From a virus (lineage: Duplodnaviria > Caudoviricetes): a stretch of 64,000 nucleotides of DNA. The notes beneath the pieces were generated by a model that had not been told where the DNA came from, searched no databases, and saw only the letters and a list, made by a program, of their open reading frames with translations. This document shows positions 1 to 10,096 of the stretch, piece by piece. The DNA lies in IMG/VR virus record IMGVR_UViG_3300035670_012065, positions 1,687 through 65,686 of that record, one strand, 5' to 3'. Numbering within the stretch: the first letter of the stretch is position 1; the number at the start of each line of letters is the position of its first letter. The position numbers were made by a program, and so were the translations under genes.

Positions 1-3000
1 ACCATAGACTGTGTTTTACCACCAGCAAACGACGCAAGAAATGTCGTGATTGATGTTAAGGCTTTAAGTTCTAATCATAATGTGAAGGTAAGATGTTGTG
101 CCGGTGAAATATTAGGATCAACAAACGACTCAATCAGATTGGTTTCGGATGGACAGTCCTGGTATGTTATGAATAGTTTTGATGCTACTATTAATTTTGG
201 AACCTTGACCGATGATTCATCTTTTTCGTCTCAGTCTGTTCCTGCTGGCAACGAATATTCTTTTCAGTATAAAGATGGTAACGATTTTGCTGGATCAAAT
301 TTATATTGGAGTTCTGGCAACTCTAATAAATTATTATTGGGGGCAGATAACGAAAATAATGCCCACACCATTATCCCCACCTCTGGATCACAACCAACAA
401 TTTTTAATCAAGATCTTCAAGCAAGTGATTTTATAGTTTATGGTAGTGGTAATCCTAATCGTAATTTATTTTTCGCTTACGATGGAAGAGTTGGAATAAA
501 TATTCCTAGTGGTTCTCGTCCGCAGACTATTTTTCATATTGTTAATACTAGTTGCAGCGAAATTTTACGGCTAGAAAATAGAACAACATGCCAACCGGCT
601 AAATTAACAATTTTTAATAAACCATCAGGATTAGTAAATAATTCGGTTTGTTCTATACTAAATCTAGCTGGTAGAGATTCTGCTGGTAATCAAAAAGATT
701 ATGCTACTATCACTAGTATATCAAAAGATGTTTCTAGCGGTTTTGGAGGATTGGATATTAGCATATCTTCTGGTAATATTCAACAAAGCTTGATATCTGG
801 GGATTTAAATAATATAAATATCGGATATTCAGATAATAGAAAATTAAACATAAATAATAGTGATGGATCTATTTCTTTATCTGGCTCTAATATAAACGCA
901 AGAGCTATTAATAACGTATCAATAAATACTAATAATGCTTCTATTGATCTAAATAATAATAATATAGTATTATCTCATACCTCTTTGAATCTAGGTAACG
1001 GAACCATAGCTGTTGGAGGAAATACTACCTTTAATAATACTGTTAATGTTGTTAATAACATTAGATTACCAAATATAGCCCCAAGCAGTTTATTGAGTAT
1101 TGACAGCGATAATAGAATTGTTCCTATTAGTGGTATTAATATTTCTAGTGGTAATATTGTTTTAAATAATGTAGCCTCAAATAAATTTTTAAGCTTAGAC
1201 GATAACAAAAATATTGTCGGATTATATGATTTAAATGATTATTTCTTAACAGAAAGAGATATCATCTGGAATAAATATGAATCTAGACCAGCAACAATAT
1301 GTTTAAAGCAAGTAGTTTTTGATCCTGTTGTTCCAGCAGAAGAATTTTCTATCGGAGATCAGATAGAAATACAAACAGATAATATATTTATATATAGAAC
1401 TATAGAAAATATTGTTTTTGCAGATAATAATATTTCTCAACTTTTATTAGATCAAAATGTAACATCAGAAATTACAAGCAATATTACTATTAAATCTATA
1501 ACAAAAGGTGGATATTTATTAATACAAAAAAATGTTAGTGGTGCCGTTAGCGACAGCACAAGCAATATCCTTAGCGTTAGACCAAATACCGAAACAGTAT
1601 TTAATACTGCACAAAAAGATATAAACTTTACAGTTTATGGAACTGATATTAAACCAGCATTAAAAGTTCATGCAAATGTTGGTTCAGTTACTAGAGCTTC
1701 TGGAATATACCATATTTTTGCTACAAGAGAAGATACTATCAACCCTATATTGATTAATAGCGTTGGTGCTGGTATTAGTAATACTTTCAGCACAGCTAAT
1801 TACGCTTACAACCCAACAGACAACCTATTTTCTGCAAGAGTTTCTAATGTAGGATCTAATGGTAAGAGTAGCTATTATGGCACTTATGATCAAAACGGCA
1901 ATGTTAAAGAATGGCTTGAATCAGAATCATTAGAGGAATTAACACAACAACGATATGTGGCTGGTGGATCATTTGATACTTTGGTCACTAGCGATTCTAT
2001 AGGATTAAGAAGTATAGAAAGTTTAATAGCTAGTAATAGTTATAATAATGTTGGTTTTAGAGTTGCTAGCTTAACTAATATATCTGACAATTTATCAGCA
2101 ATTAATTTGAGTTTCATTAATATTACCAATCCAAATAATATAGCAGACACTAGTAGTATTTTGATGAATAATTCATTAACAACTTTAGACAATTTGGGAG
2201 TTGTGGATAAAAACTACAGAATATGTGTTAATGAAATTACTAATAATCAATATATGACATTTTTGAATAGTATTGCTACTGGTGTTAACGATCCTGTTAC
2301 TTCTGGACTTTATGATCCTGGAATGAGCGGAACATTTGGAGGAATAGATAAATTATCTGGTGATATTTCTGTTTCATATTCTATTAAAAATAATATGACT
2401 AATAAGCCTGTTAATTTTGTAAGCTATATTAATAGTTTACGTTTTATTAATTGGCTAGAAAATGGAGCACCAAGTAATATTGATCCTAATAATGCTGATG
2501 AAATAATAAACCAAGGAGCATATCAAATTTTATTAGCCGGTAGTAACTATTATATCAGTACTAATAAAAACAGAAAATATTTTCTACCATCATTAAATCA
2601 ATGGCATAAAGCAGCTTATTTCGAATATAAAGAATCTGTTCTGGTTAGTGGATCTCCTGTTGTTACTATAGGAACAGAAGACCCTTATATAGTAGCCACA
2701 GAAAAATTAGCAGATATTGGAGGACTATCAACAGAGATAACGCAAAATCCAAGACAAACATTAGCTAATTTAACAGTTAGTGGTTGGTTAGTGGTTGATA
2801 AAATTGTTGTTAGAGATGGAACTTTACGATCTAGATTACCTGATGGTTTTGAAGATCCAGAAAATCCTGATTCTGAAGATGAAGATTTTGGAAGCGAACA
2901 AAGTGTTGGTTCTGGATTATCTCCACCTCCGACAGGAGAATCTAAAAAAAATACATATTGGAATCCATCTAGCACAGTTATGCCAAGACTTGATGGTGTT

Positions 3001-3150
3001 TATGGAGAAAAAACACCACCTTTAATTCCCGATGGTACAGAAGAGATGTCTGATTTATCTTGTGATGATGATGAACTAATTGCTAACAATAATGTGCCTT
3101 TCTGGTGTGAGCCTAACGGAAAAGAAAAAGGTCCTAGATTTTATCCATAA
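1..3150 (+). CDS. Tail fibre/adhesin-like virion protein with an inserted, circularly permuted FGE-sulfatase (CLec-fold) domain; 5'-truncated by the window edge
   Basis: The frame is open from base 1 (ACC ATA GAC TGT...), so the track's GTG at 46 is probably not the start. Asn/Ser/Gly-rich beta-type sequence (GRVGINIPSG...). FGE motifs SYYGTYDQNGNVKEW, GFRVAS, EITNNQY..FLN, KPVNFVS, LPSLNQWHKAAY. Confidence 0.65.
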   Translation, partial: TIDCVLPPANDARNVVIDVKALSSNHNVKVRCCAGEILGSTNDSIRLVSDGQSWYVMNSFDATINFGTLTDDSSFSSQSVPAGNEYSFQYKDGNDFAGSNLYWSSGNSNKLLLGADNENNAHTIIPTSGSQPTIFNQDLQASDFIVYGSGNPNRNLFFAYDGRVGINIPSGSRPQTIFHIVNTSCSEILRLENRTTCQPAKLTIFNKPSGLVNNSVCSILNLAGRDSAGNQKDYATITSISKDVSSGFGGLDISISSGNIQQSLISGDLNNINIGYSDNRKLNINNSDGSISLSGSNINARAINNVSINTNNASIDLNNNNIVLSHTSLNLGNGTIAVGGNTTFNNTVNVVNNIRLPNIAPSSLLSIDSDNRIVPISGINISSGNIVLNNVASNKFLSLDDNKNIVGLYDLNDYFLTERDIIWNKYESRPATICLKQVVFDPVVPAEEFSIGDQIEIQTDNIFIYRTIENIVFADNNISQLLLDQNVTSEITSNITIKSITKGGYLLIQKNVSGAVSDSTSNILSVRPNTETVFNTAQKDINFTVYGTDIKPALKVHANVGSVTRASGIYHIFATREDTINPILINSVGAGISNTFSTANYAYNPTDNLFSARVSNVGSNGKSSYYGTYDQNGNVKEWLESESLEELTQQRYVAGGSFDTLVTSDSIGLRSIESLIASNSYNNVGFRVASLTNISDNLSAINLSFINITNPNNIADTSSILMNNSLTTLDNLGVVDKNYRICVNEITNNQYMTFLNSIATGVNDPVTSGLYDPGMSGTFGGIDKLSGDISVSYSIKNNMTNKPVNFVSYINSLRFINWLENGAPSNIDPNNADEIINQGAYQILLAGSNYYISTNKNRKYFLPSLNQWHKAAYFEYKESVLVSGSPVVTIGTEDPYIVATEKLADIGGLSTEITQNPRQTLANLTVSGWLVVDKIVVRDGTLRSRLPDGFEDPENPDSEDEDFGSEQSVGSGLSPPPTGESKKNTYWNPSSTVMPRLDGVYGEKTPPLIPDGTEEMSDLSCDDDELIANNNVPFWCEPNGKEKGPRFYP

Positions 3151-3163
3151 GGAATAATATAAA

Positions 3164-5671
3164 ATGTTGTGGTATAATATACTAAATCCAAGAGAATGGC
3201 CAGGAGTTAATATTAAAAGTGGTAACAATAAAATAGATGGAGTATATTCCAATCTTTTAAGTAGTAATCATGTTAGTTTTGCTGCTAGCGGAAGCATGTT
3301 TTTAGTAGCAAATAGCGGTATTAAATTAATAAGTCCATCGTTTGTTGATACTAGTGGATTTAGAGCAAATAGGATTTTATCAGAAAATTATTTTAAAATA
3401 GATAATATAGGAAATATTATTCCGCTATACTCTGGAGCTAACAACGGTCTTTTATTAAAACTAGATGACAATACCGCCTATTCTACAAATATTATCTCCT
3501 ACGATAGTGAAGAAGATGTACTAAGATTTCCTTCTGCTTCACCAGGAGCTGTATTATACTCAAAATCTCCTAATAAAGAAATAGCATCTTACGACAACAT
3601 ACTACTAAACCCGCCGTCTACTCAACAAGATGCGTCTATAGTATTAAGCGCTAAGGTTTTTGCTAATAGTGGCATAAACTTAGGACCAAATAATAATCTA
3701 GATAGCTATAAAGGATTTATATTAACGCATGATGGTTCTGGAAATGTTGCGCAATGGAGACCAGCAACATATTTGAGAGAAAATTATGATACTCAATTAG
3801 CTTTTGATGGTTTAGAAAGAATAGGTATTAATTGGATAAGATATCCTAAAAGACCAGCAATATTGTCTAATGGAAAAATATACTTTTATAAAATCGATAG
3901 ATCATGGTCTCCATATGGAGTTTTTTCTAGTCTAGATCAAATCAAAGAAGAATTAGGATCCGGCGAAGATACTCTTTGTGTCGAAACGGTCAAAGGAGAT
4001 GTTGTTGTTGGATACACTAAATTTGCTTTCGTAGAAAAAGCAGCTAGTCAACAAACCATAGACACTGGATTTCAAAATTTTGACAATAGAATAGATCCAG
4101 ATGCTAGAATAGTAGATCCAGACAATACTAATCCCAATGAAACTGATGCTGCTTGCTGGGCTATAGATATAGCTCCAGAAAATCCTAATGGAATTCCAGA
4201 TAGATCGCCCGGCGGTCCCACCAATGTTTTTGTGTTTTCTGTTACTAAGGGTGCTTATTTCCCGATGCAACTAGAATCAGAAGCAACAGGACCCATAACA
4301 TTAAGGCATAATGATAATAATATTTTGTCCGAAATAGTACAAAATAAAGACGATGGAACAGAATTAGACAATGCTATTCAGGTAAATCTTACATTTAAGC
4401 CCAGTACTGCAAATAATATTAGTGTTAGACCAAATATTCATACGGCTTTTAATATGTTGGGAGAAAATATAGATTTTGTAATTTATGGCAAAGAAAATAC
4501 TTTATTCAATAATTATAGTTCGGTTTTTAATTTAAATGAAAATTTTATCCCACAAGGCTTGGTACCGGTCTTTAAGATAGATGCTACTATACCTAATAGT
4601 ATAAGTGGGTCTCCAACTGGGATTTTTTATAGTAAATTTACAGATAGAGAAAAAACAAAACCCATAGGATGGAATTTTGACTATAGTGGTAAAGTATGTA
4701 TAAAAACTCATGATTCTTATGTCATGTCTTCTTTGCCAAGTGGAACAGGATTGTTAAATTCTTATGCTGACTTAACAGTAGATGGATATACATATAGTAA
4801 AGGACTAATAACAGAAGATATTTTTCTTAAGCCAATACCATCTTCGGACAATACTGGTAAATATGTTAGAAATGCATTACTTACTATAAATAATGAAGGA
4901 CAAATTATTTCCAGAACTCCTAGAGTAAACCCTACCGTTCCAGATGCTCCTTCTGGTGTTGTTGGTATAAATAATGGATATGGCGGAATGGGAAACAATG
5001 AATATTCGATACAGTGGACACCTCCAGAAAATGATGGTAGATCCAAAATTATCAATTATATTATTCAATTTTCTTCTAATAACGGAGAAAACTGGACAAA
5101 TCTTCCTACAGATACTATAGATGTATTGAAAGGATTTCCATCACAAACATCAGCAACAATTTTTCAATTACCAGTATCATCCATATTCAGAGTAGCAGCC
5201 CAAAATGGTGTTGGTATAGGCGCTTATTCAGAAGCTACAGAGAATACTTTTGTTAGCAATACAGGATTGCCACAATTACCTACAAATTTTACAGCAACAA
5301 GAAATATAGATAGTTTAGATTTATCAGATATTTCTTTTTCTTGGTCTGCTAGCAATTCATGGGGATCATATGCTCCTAGTGGATATTTAATAGAAGAATC
5401 AACAGACAATGGACAAATATGGTTTAATATTGCCTTTTTGGAATCAAATATACTATCTTATAATGAAACAGGATTAGATGGGGTAACTAATTATTTATAT
5501 AGAATAAGCGCTATCAATACTAATAATGGAAAAAGCGCATATAATTATGTATATTCTACCGGACTATTATTGATCGATCAAGACCTAGAAGAAGAAGAAA
5601 ACAAGAGACAAGAAGAACTTAGTAATTTTGATTTTGGTCAAATTTTATTCACAGGAATATGTAGCATATAG
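3164..5671 (+). CDS. Tail fibre-like protein with two C-terminal fibronectin type III domains; paralog of the upstream gene
   Basis: FN3 motifs VPDAPSGV...IQWTPPENDG.SKIINYIIQFS...FRVAAQNGVGIGAYS and LPTNFTAT...FSW...YRISAIN. Shares blocks with ORF1 (NISVRPN..T.FN....I.F..YG; TKG.Y; A.LTV.G). Confidence 0.65.
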   Translation: MLWYNILNPREWPGVNIKSGNNKIDGVYSNLLSSNHVSFAASGSMFLVANSGIKLISPSFVDTSGFRANRILSENYFKIDNIGNIIPLYSGANNGLLLKLDDNTAYSTNIISYDSEEDVLRFPSASPGAVLYSKSPNKEIASYDNILLNPPSTQQDASIVLSAKVFANSGINLGPNNNLDSYKGFILTHDGSGNVAQWRPATYLRENYDTQLAFDGLERIGINWIRYPKRPAILSNGKIYFYKIDRSWSPYGVFSSLDQIKEELGSGEDTLCVETVKGDVVVGYTKFAFVEKAASQQTIDTGFQNFDNRIDPDARIVDPDNTNPNETDAACWAIDIAPENPNGIPDRSPGGPTNVFVFSVTKGAYFPMQLESEATGPITLRHNDNNILSEIVQNKDDGTELDNAIQVNLTFKPSTANNISVRPNIHTAFNMLGENIDFVIYGKENTLFNNYSSVFNLNENFIPQGLVPVFKIDATIPNSISGSPTGIFYSKFTDREKTKPIGWNFDYSGKVCIKTHDSYVMSSLPSGTGLLNSYADLTVDGYTYSKGLITEDIFLKPIPSSDNTGKYVRNALLTINNEGQIISRTPRVNPTVPDAPSGVVGINNGYGGMGNNEYSIQWTPPENDGRSKIINYIIQFSSNNGENWTNLPTDTIDVLKGFPSQTSATIFQLPVSSIFRVAAQNGVGIGAYSEATENTFVSNTGLPQLPTNFTATRNIDSLDLSDISFSWSASNSWGSYAPSGYLIEESTDNGQIWFNIAFLESNILSYNETGLDGVTNYLYRISAINTNNGKSAYNYVYSTGLLLIDQDLEEEENKRQEELSNFDFGQILFTGICSI

Positions 5672-5682
5672 GAGTTTAAGTT

Positions 5683-6270
5683 ATGAAATTATTGTTAAAA
5701 AGACATCCACCAGAAGGAATTGTTTTAACACCAGAACAAGAAAACGCTTTTCCTTCTGTAGATCAGCTAGATGTAGGAGAGCTTGTAATTAATGCTGTCA
5801 CTGGTAAACTTTATACCAAATTATTAGATGGTAGTGTTGTTGAATTTGTTAGTCAAAAAATATGCTTTGATCCTATTCCCGAAATATTATTTTTTTATGA
5901 GAATAATCCGATATCGCCTCCTAGTTATTTGGTTAATAATTTTTGTTGCGCTGGAGGATTATTTACTATAGTTGTTGATAAATTAAAACCATCGCCAGCC
6001 GATTATTCTTTTAATTTGACAGAATTAACAAACAATACTGTTAAAGAAAATATATCATTATCACCCCCAAGCTATACAACATATTCTGTTACACAAAATG
6101 ACGAATCTATTATTTATAGAAAAGCGACCATACCAGCCAGTATATCTATCACAGATACAAACTATAATAATATTAGTTTATTTCAATTTAGTGTTTCTGA
6201 TAATATAACAGGAAGAATAGTTCGTGGTGGTGAAAGAATATTAACCATTAAATGCTTAGAAGGTAATTAA
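5683..6270 (+). CDS. Virion protein with a tail-fibre N-terminal attachment-like motif
   Basis: LLKR...P..DQLDVGELVINAVTGKLYTK resembles the L..GE(L)AIN..DGKL(F/Y).K motif at the N-termini of many phage fibres. GGAG upstream. Confidence 0.45.
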   Translation: MKLLLKRHPPEGIVLTPEQENAFPSVDQLDVGELVINAVTGKLYTKLLDGSVVEFVSQKICFDPIPEILFFYENNPISPPSYLVNNFCCAGGLFTIVVDKLKPSPADYSFNLTELTNNTVKENISLSPPSYTTYSVTQNDESIIYRKATIPASISITDTNYNNISLFQFSVSDNITGRIVRGGERILTIKCLEGN

Positions 6271-7220
6271 TGAGCACAACAGAATCACAAGATCTAAAAA
6301 GAATAACAGTTTCGTTAGAGGAGGGAGACAAAGGTTTTCTACTAACATTTCCTCCGCCTCCATCAGGGTCTGTGGCCATAAAAGATCGATACGTTTTTGA
6401 ATTTGATACTGTGTTTAAACTACCATTAGATCCACAATCCACAATTATTTTTAATCCTGATAACGACAATAATCCTTCAAAAGAAAGATACCTACAATCT
6501 TCTGTTGAGATTAGCCCACAAATTGGCATAGCTATTAAATCTATACATAAAGCAGAAACACAAACATTGGTTAGATTACAAATTAAAGATATATATAATA
6601 ATGTATTATACACAGACTATATCTTAGTTATATGTTCTCCTCAAAGAACTTTCACTTTAAGGGGATCTATTATTGCTGGATCGAGTATAGAAGGAATAGG
6701 CAATAATAATGGCCGTATACTAAGAATAGATACTGGAGAAGATTCTATCAACACAGCATCTCAAATTTTAACAAGAATGAGGGTTACTGGGCCAGGAATA
6801 CCAACAGATACTATAGTGACAGTGGGCTCTTTTAAAGACGATAATAGATCAGATGTTGAATTATTACCATTTTTTATTCTGGCTGGAGCAGGAGTTAATG
6901 ATACTGCTAGAGGACTGTATACCTTCACACAAATTTCGTCATGTCCGTCACCAGAAGATTTAAAAGAAATACAATTCAATAATAGATTTTTGGTATTGGA
7001 TAAAAATAATAATTGGTCTTATTTTTTTAGAGAAAAATTAGTTGCTCAATTTATTCCAAAAACAAATATTAGTAATTATGAAGAAATAGCCATTTTGTTA
7101 GAAATTAAAAATTTTGACGCTTTAATAAGAGAAAACTCATTTTCAAATATACCAAATATATCACTGGTATTAGCTGGAGGCAGAGTCATTGGTGATAGTT
7201 TCTGCATAGAGGAATTTTAA
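6270..7220 (+). CDS. Hypothetical virion protein
   Basis: 316-aa ORF coupled by a TAATG overlap. MRVTGPGIPTDTIV resembles a G(M/D).V.G.GIP..T.V motif of phage tail proteins. Confidence 0.5.
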   Translation: MSTTESQDLKRITVSLEEGDKGFLLTFPPPPSGSVAIKDRYVFEFDTVFKLPLDPQSTIIFNPDNDNNPSKERYLQSSVEISPQIGIAIKSIHKAETQTLVRLQIKDIYNNVLYTDYILVICSPQRTFTLRGSIIAGSSIEGIGNNNGRILRIDTGEDSINTASQILTRMRVTGPGIPTDTIVTVGSFKDDNRSDVELLPFFILAGAGVNDTARGLYTFTQISSCPSPEDLKEIQFNNRFLVLDKNNNWSYFFREKLVAQFIPKTNISNYEEIAILLEIKNFDALIRENSFSNIPNISLVLAGGRVIGDSFCIEEF

Positions 7221-7221
7221 T

Positions 7222-7238
7222 TGGTGTATTATATAGTA
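7222..7238 (+). promoter_or_regulatory. Candidate phage-specific promoter motif TGGTGTAT-N7-TA (copy 1)
   Basis: TGGTGTAT TATATAG TA, intergenic, 26 nt before the ATG at 7265. Confidence 0.45.
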
Positions 7239-7264
7239 AAATAATATTATTTTATGGATTTTCT

Positions 7265-8470
7265 ATGATCATAGATAAAAAATTTACACTAATAACATAT
7301 GTTGGGTCCAAACCATTAAATTTAATGGCAAAAGACGCAGACATAGCAAGCGACCCTGTAAAAAATAATGAGTGGGATAGACTGATGCAGTCTATAGACA
7401 CCATATATGGTAGTCAAAATATTGATGATACCATACCGGTTTTTTGGACCAGAAGATTTTCTATCAACGATAGATTTGGGAATACTTCCTATAGATATGC
7501 CGCTCATCCAGAAAGTACATTAAAACAATTGGATTCTAAAATAGCATATTATTGTATATTAAGAGATACATCTTTAGCCCCCATAAGAATACCAGCACAT
7601 GGCACTTTGGTATTAGGATACTCTGATGATACTGATCTTCCATACGTTTTTCCACCATTAGAAGATTCTACATTAGATAAAGAATCTTTTAAATATTCTT
7701 TTAAACCACAAATTATTAATCTTAAGCCTTTTGAAACCTATACCTATATTTGGAAAGTAATATCTAGTAATTGGCCAGTTGCAACAAATGCTATATCTGG
7801 CATACTAAAACCAGCATCTCCCACAGGCACCATTAATACTACTATGGCATTTTGTCCTACAACAGGATTATGCTCAGACAAAACACTTAGCTATACACTA
7901 CCAGGAGAATGTTCACTAGAGACTTTGGATAATCCATATATTACTTTGCAGTTATCAATAACATCATCATCTGCATCTATTTCGGCCGAATCTCTTAGTG
8001 ATCCATTTACTATTACTTGTGATGACTGTTTACCAAAACCCAAAATTTTTATAGAAAGTATTAGCAATACAAATGTAGTTGAGCCAGAATCAGACGACGC
8101 CCCTACTCCATATTTTGATTTTAAGCTTAATTTTAATAATTTAGAAATGGATCAAGAATATTCTTACAGTATTAATACTGTTTATTCTGAGTGGCCGATT
8201 GTTTTTAGTTCACCTGTTAGTGGATCTTTTGTTGTAAAATCTTCTAGTCCACCTCCTGTGTTTGGTAAACTATTCTTTTGTCCAGCAACTGGTTTGTGTA
8301 TACCGAATAGTGATAATATTCCCAATTACACTATACCAAACTATCCTAAATTTTTGACCAGCGATTTTGTTCATAATATAACTTTGCAAGCCTCATTAAC
8401 TTATACTAATAATTGTATTAATTCTGTATTTAATAGCGATCTAACAACAATAACATATAAAAAATCATGA
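7265..8470 (+). CDS. Cys-rich repeat-domain protein (2 repeats), probably structural
   Basis: Two copies of L.P...Y.Y.....(N/E)WP......SG...FCP.TGLC; the first copy ends CDDCL. Confidence 0.6.
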   Translation: MIIDKKFTLITYVGSKPLNLMAKDADIASDPVKNNEWDRLMQSIDTIYGSQNIDDTIPVFWTRRFSINDRFGNTSYRYAAHPESTLKQLDSKIAYYCILRDTSLAPIRIPAHGTLVLGYSDDTDLPYVFPPLEDSTLDKESFKYSFKPQIINLKPFETYTYIWKVISSNWPVATNAISGILKPASPTGTINTTMAFCPTTGLCSDKTLSYTLPGECSLETLDNPYITLQLSITSSSASISAESLSDPFTITCDDCLPKPKIFIESISNTNVVEPESDDAPTPYFDFKLNFNNLEMDQEYSYSINTVYSEWPIVFSSPVSGSFVVKSSSPPPVFGKLFFCPATGLCIPNSDNIPNYTIPNYPKFLTSDFVHNITLQASLTYTNNCINSVFNSDLTTITYKKS

Positions 8471-10083
8471 TATCTAATACTACAAATAAAGATCAACCAA
8501 ATAATTATGCATCGCTATCAAATACCTCTTATATCAAAGAGGCTAAATTTTCAATCAATAAGTTGATTAAAACTTTAGAATATGAGTATGAGATAGAAGT
8601 AGATGGAACTCCTGGTAATTGGCCTGTTGTTGCTATTCCTAAAAGCGGTAATTTTATAGCTGATAGTCGAAGTAGAGAAATTGATGCAAGAATAATATTC
8701 TGTCCAAACACTGGAATATGCAATGAAAATAATCCTGATGTTTTGCCATATAATTTAGATTATAGTTGTGGATTTAAAAACAAAGATTTATTATTTACTA
8801 ATTTAAGATTAAAAGTTAATGAAAAGGGATCCTCAGATTTTTCATACAGCCCAATACAACACATAGAATGTTCAGATTGCTTAACTTCTTCTGTGGCTTC
8901 TTTTTCTGGAAATACAAATCTAAATGAGTCCACAAAAAATACCACTAAAATAACAACCAATTTATCAAATCTATTACCTGGACAACATTACTTTTGGAGT
9001 TTTGGAAAACAGGCTTCTAACTGGCCAGTTACAGTTTATCCTTCTAGTGGCTCTTTTATTTCTCCAGATACTTCTTACAGTATAGATACTATCATTACTT
9101 TCTGTAAGGATACTAGTGGTTGTTCCGGATCTCCAGGCTATCTATCACACACGCAAGATCACTTATCCGATCTGCATAAATACATTAATCTTAATTTTAC
9201 AATCAATAATAGCGAACATTGTTATTTTGATGATGCTGATTATAATCTTAATATATATTGTGACGACTGTATACTTCCAACAACAATAACTAATTTTGAT
9301 AATACTATCAATGATGATGAAATTATAATGCTTTCTGGAGCTATTTCAGAATTGGTTCCTAATAGATCCTATTCTTATATTTTTGAGTCTTTGGGTGGCA
9401 ACTACCCATTGATTGTGCAAAATATTTCGGGATCTTTTATAGCAGAGAATACCGATGAGAGCATAGTTACAAATGCCAAGTTTTGCTGTCCTTCTGGATC
9501 CTGCTCTGGAACAATATTTCCAAAAACACATTCTTCTTTTGTGGATAATATCTTATTTCAGAATGTTAAGTTAACATTGACAGATAATCTTTCCAATACT
9601 AGTAAATATAAAAGTACAAAAGTAGAACAAAAAAAACTGGATCCATTTTTTGTTGTTCCATCTAATATTACTCTTTCCGAAGAGAGCAGAGGTTGTACTA
9701 AACTAAATGTCTCATTGAACGATTGCTTAAAAGATCATACATATTATTACTCTTATAAAATTAAAGATAGTAATTGGCCAGTATATTTAGATAATATTTC
9801 CGGTGTTATCTCGAATGTTTCTGGAACAATTGATATTGGTTCTAATCTAACATTTTGTGCTTCTTCTGGATTATGTTCGGGCTTGTCTGGGGTATTTGAT
9901 TCTACCAAATCAGAAGCACGTAAAATAGATAATTATTGTTTTAATCAAAAATATGTTTCTTTATATTTAGAAGTTATTCCAAATTGCTATCCTAACGATA
10001 TGGTTTTTTCTAGTGACACAATAATAGTGTATTGTGAAAATTGCTTAGGTTCGCCATCCATCACAGCTGTTAAACAAGATTAA
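8467..10083 (+). CDS. Cys-rich repeat-domain protein (4 repeats)
   Basis: NWPVVAIPKSG, NWPVTVYPSSG, NYPLIVQNISG and NWPVYLDNISG, each followed by FC...C and mostly by CxxC(L/I). ATGA overlap with the upstream gene. Confidence 0.6.
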   Translation: MISNTTNKDQPNNYASLSNTSYIKEAKFSINKLIKTLEYEYEIEVDGTPGNWPVVAIPKSGNFIADSRSREIDARIIFCPNTGICNENNPDVLPYNLDYSCGFKNKDLLFTNLRLKVNEKGSSDFSYSPIQHIECSDCLTSSVASFSGNTNLNESTKNTTKITTNLSNLLPGQHYFWSFGKQASNWPVTVYPSSGSFISPDTSYSIDTIITFCKDTSGCSGSPGYLSHTQDHLSDLHKYINLNFTINNSEHCYFDDADYNLNIYCDDCILPTTITNFDNTINDDEIIMLSGAISELVPNRSYSYIFESLGGNYPLIVQNISGSFIAENTDESIVTNAKFCCPSGSCSGTIFPKTHSSFVDNILFQNVKLTLTDNLSNTSKYKSTKVEQKKLDPFFVVPSNITLSEESRGCTKLNVSLNDCLKDHTYYYSYKIKDSNWPVYLDNISGVISNVSGTIDIGSNLTFCASSGLCSGLSGVFDSTKSEARKIDNYCFNQKYVSLYLEVIPNCYPNDMVFSSDTIIVYCENCLGSPSITAVKQD

Positions 10084-10096
10084 AAGGAATAAATAG

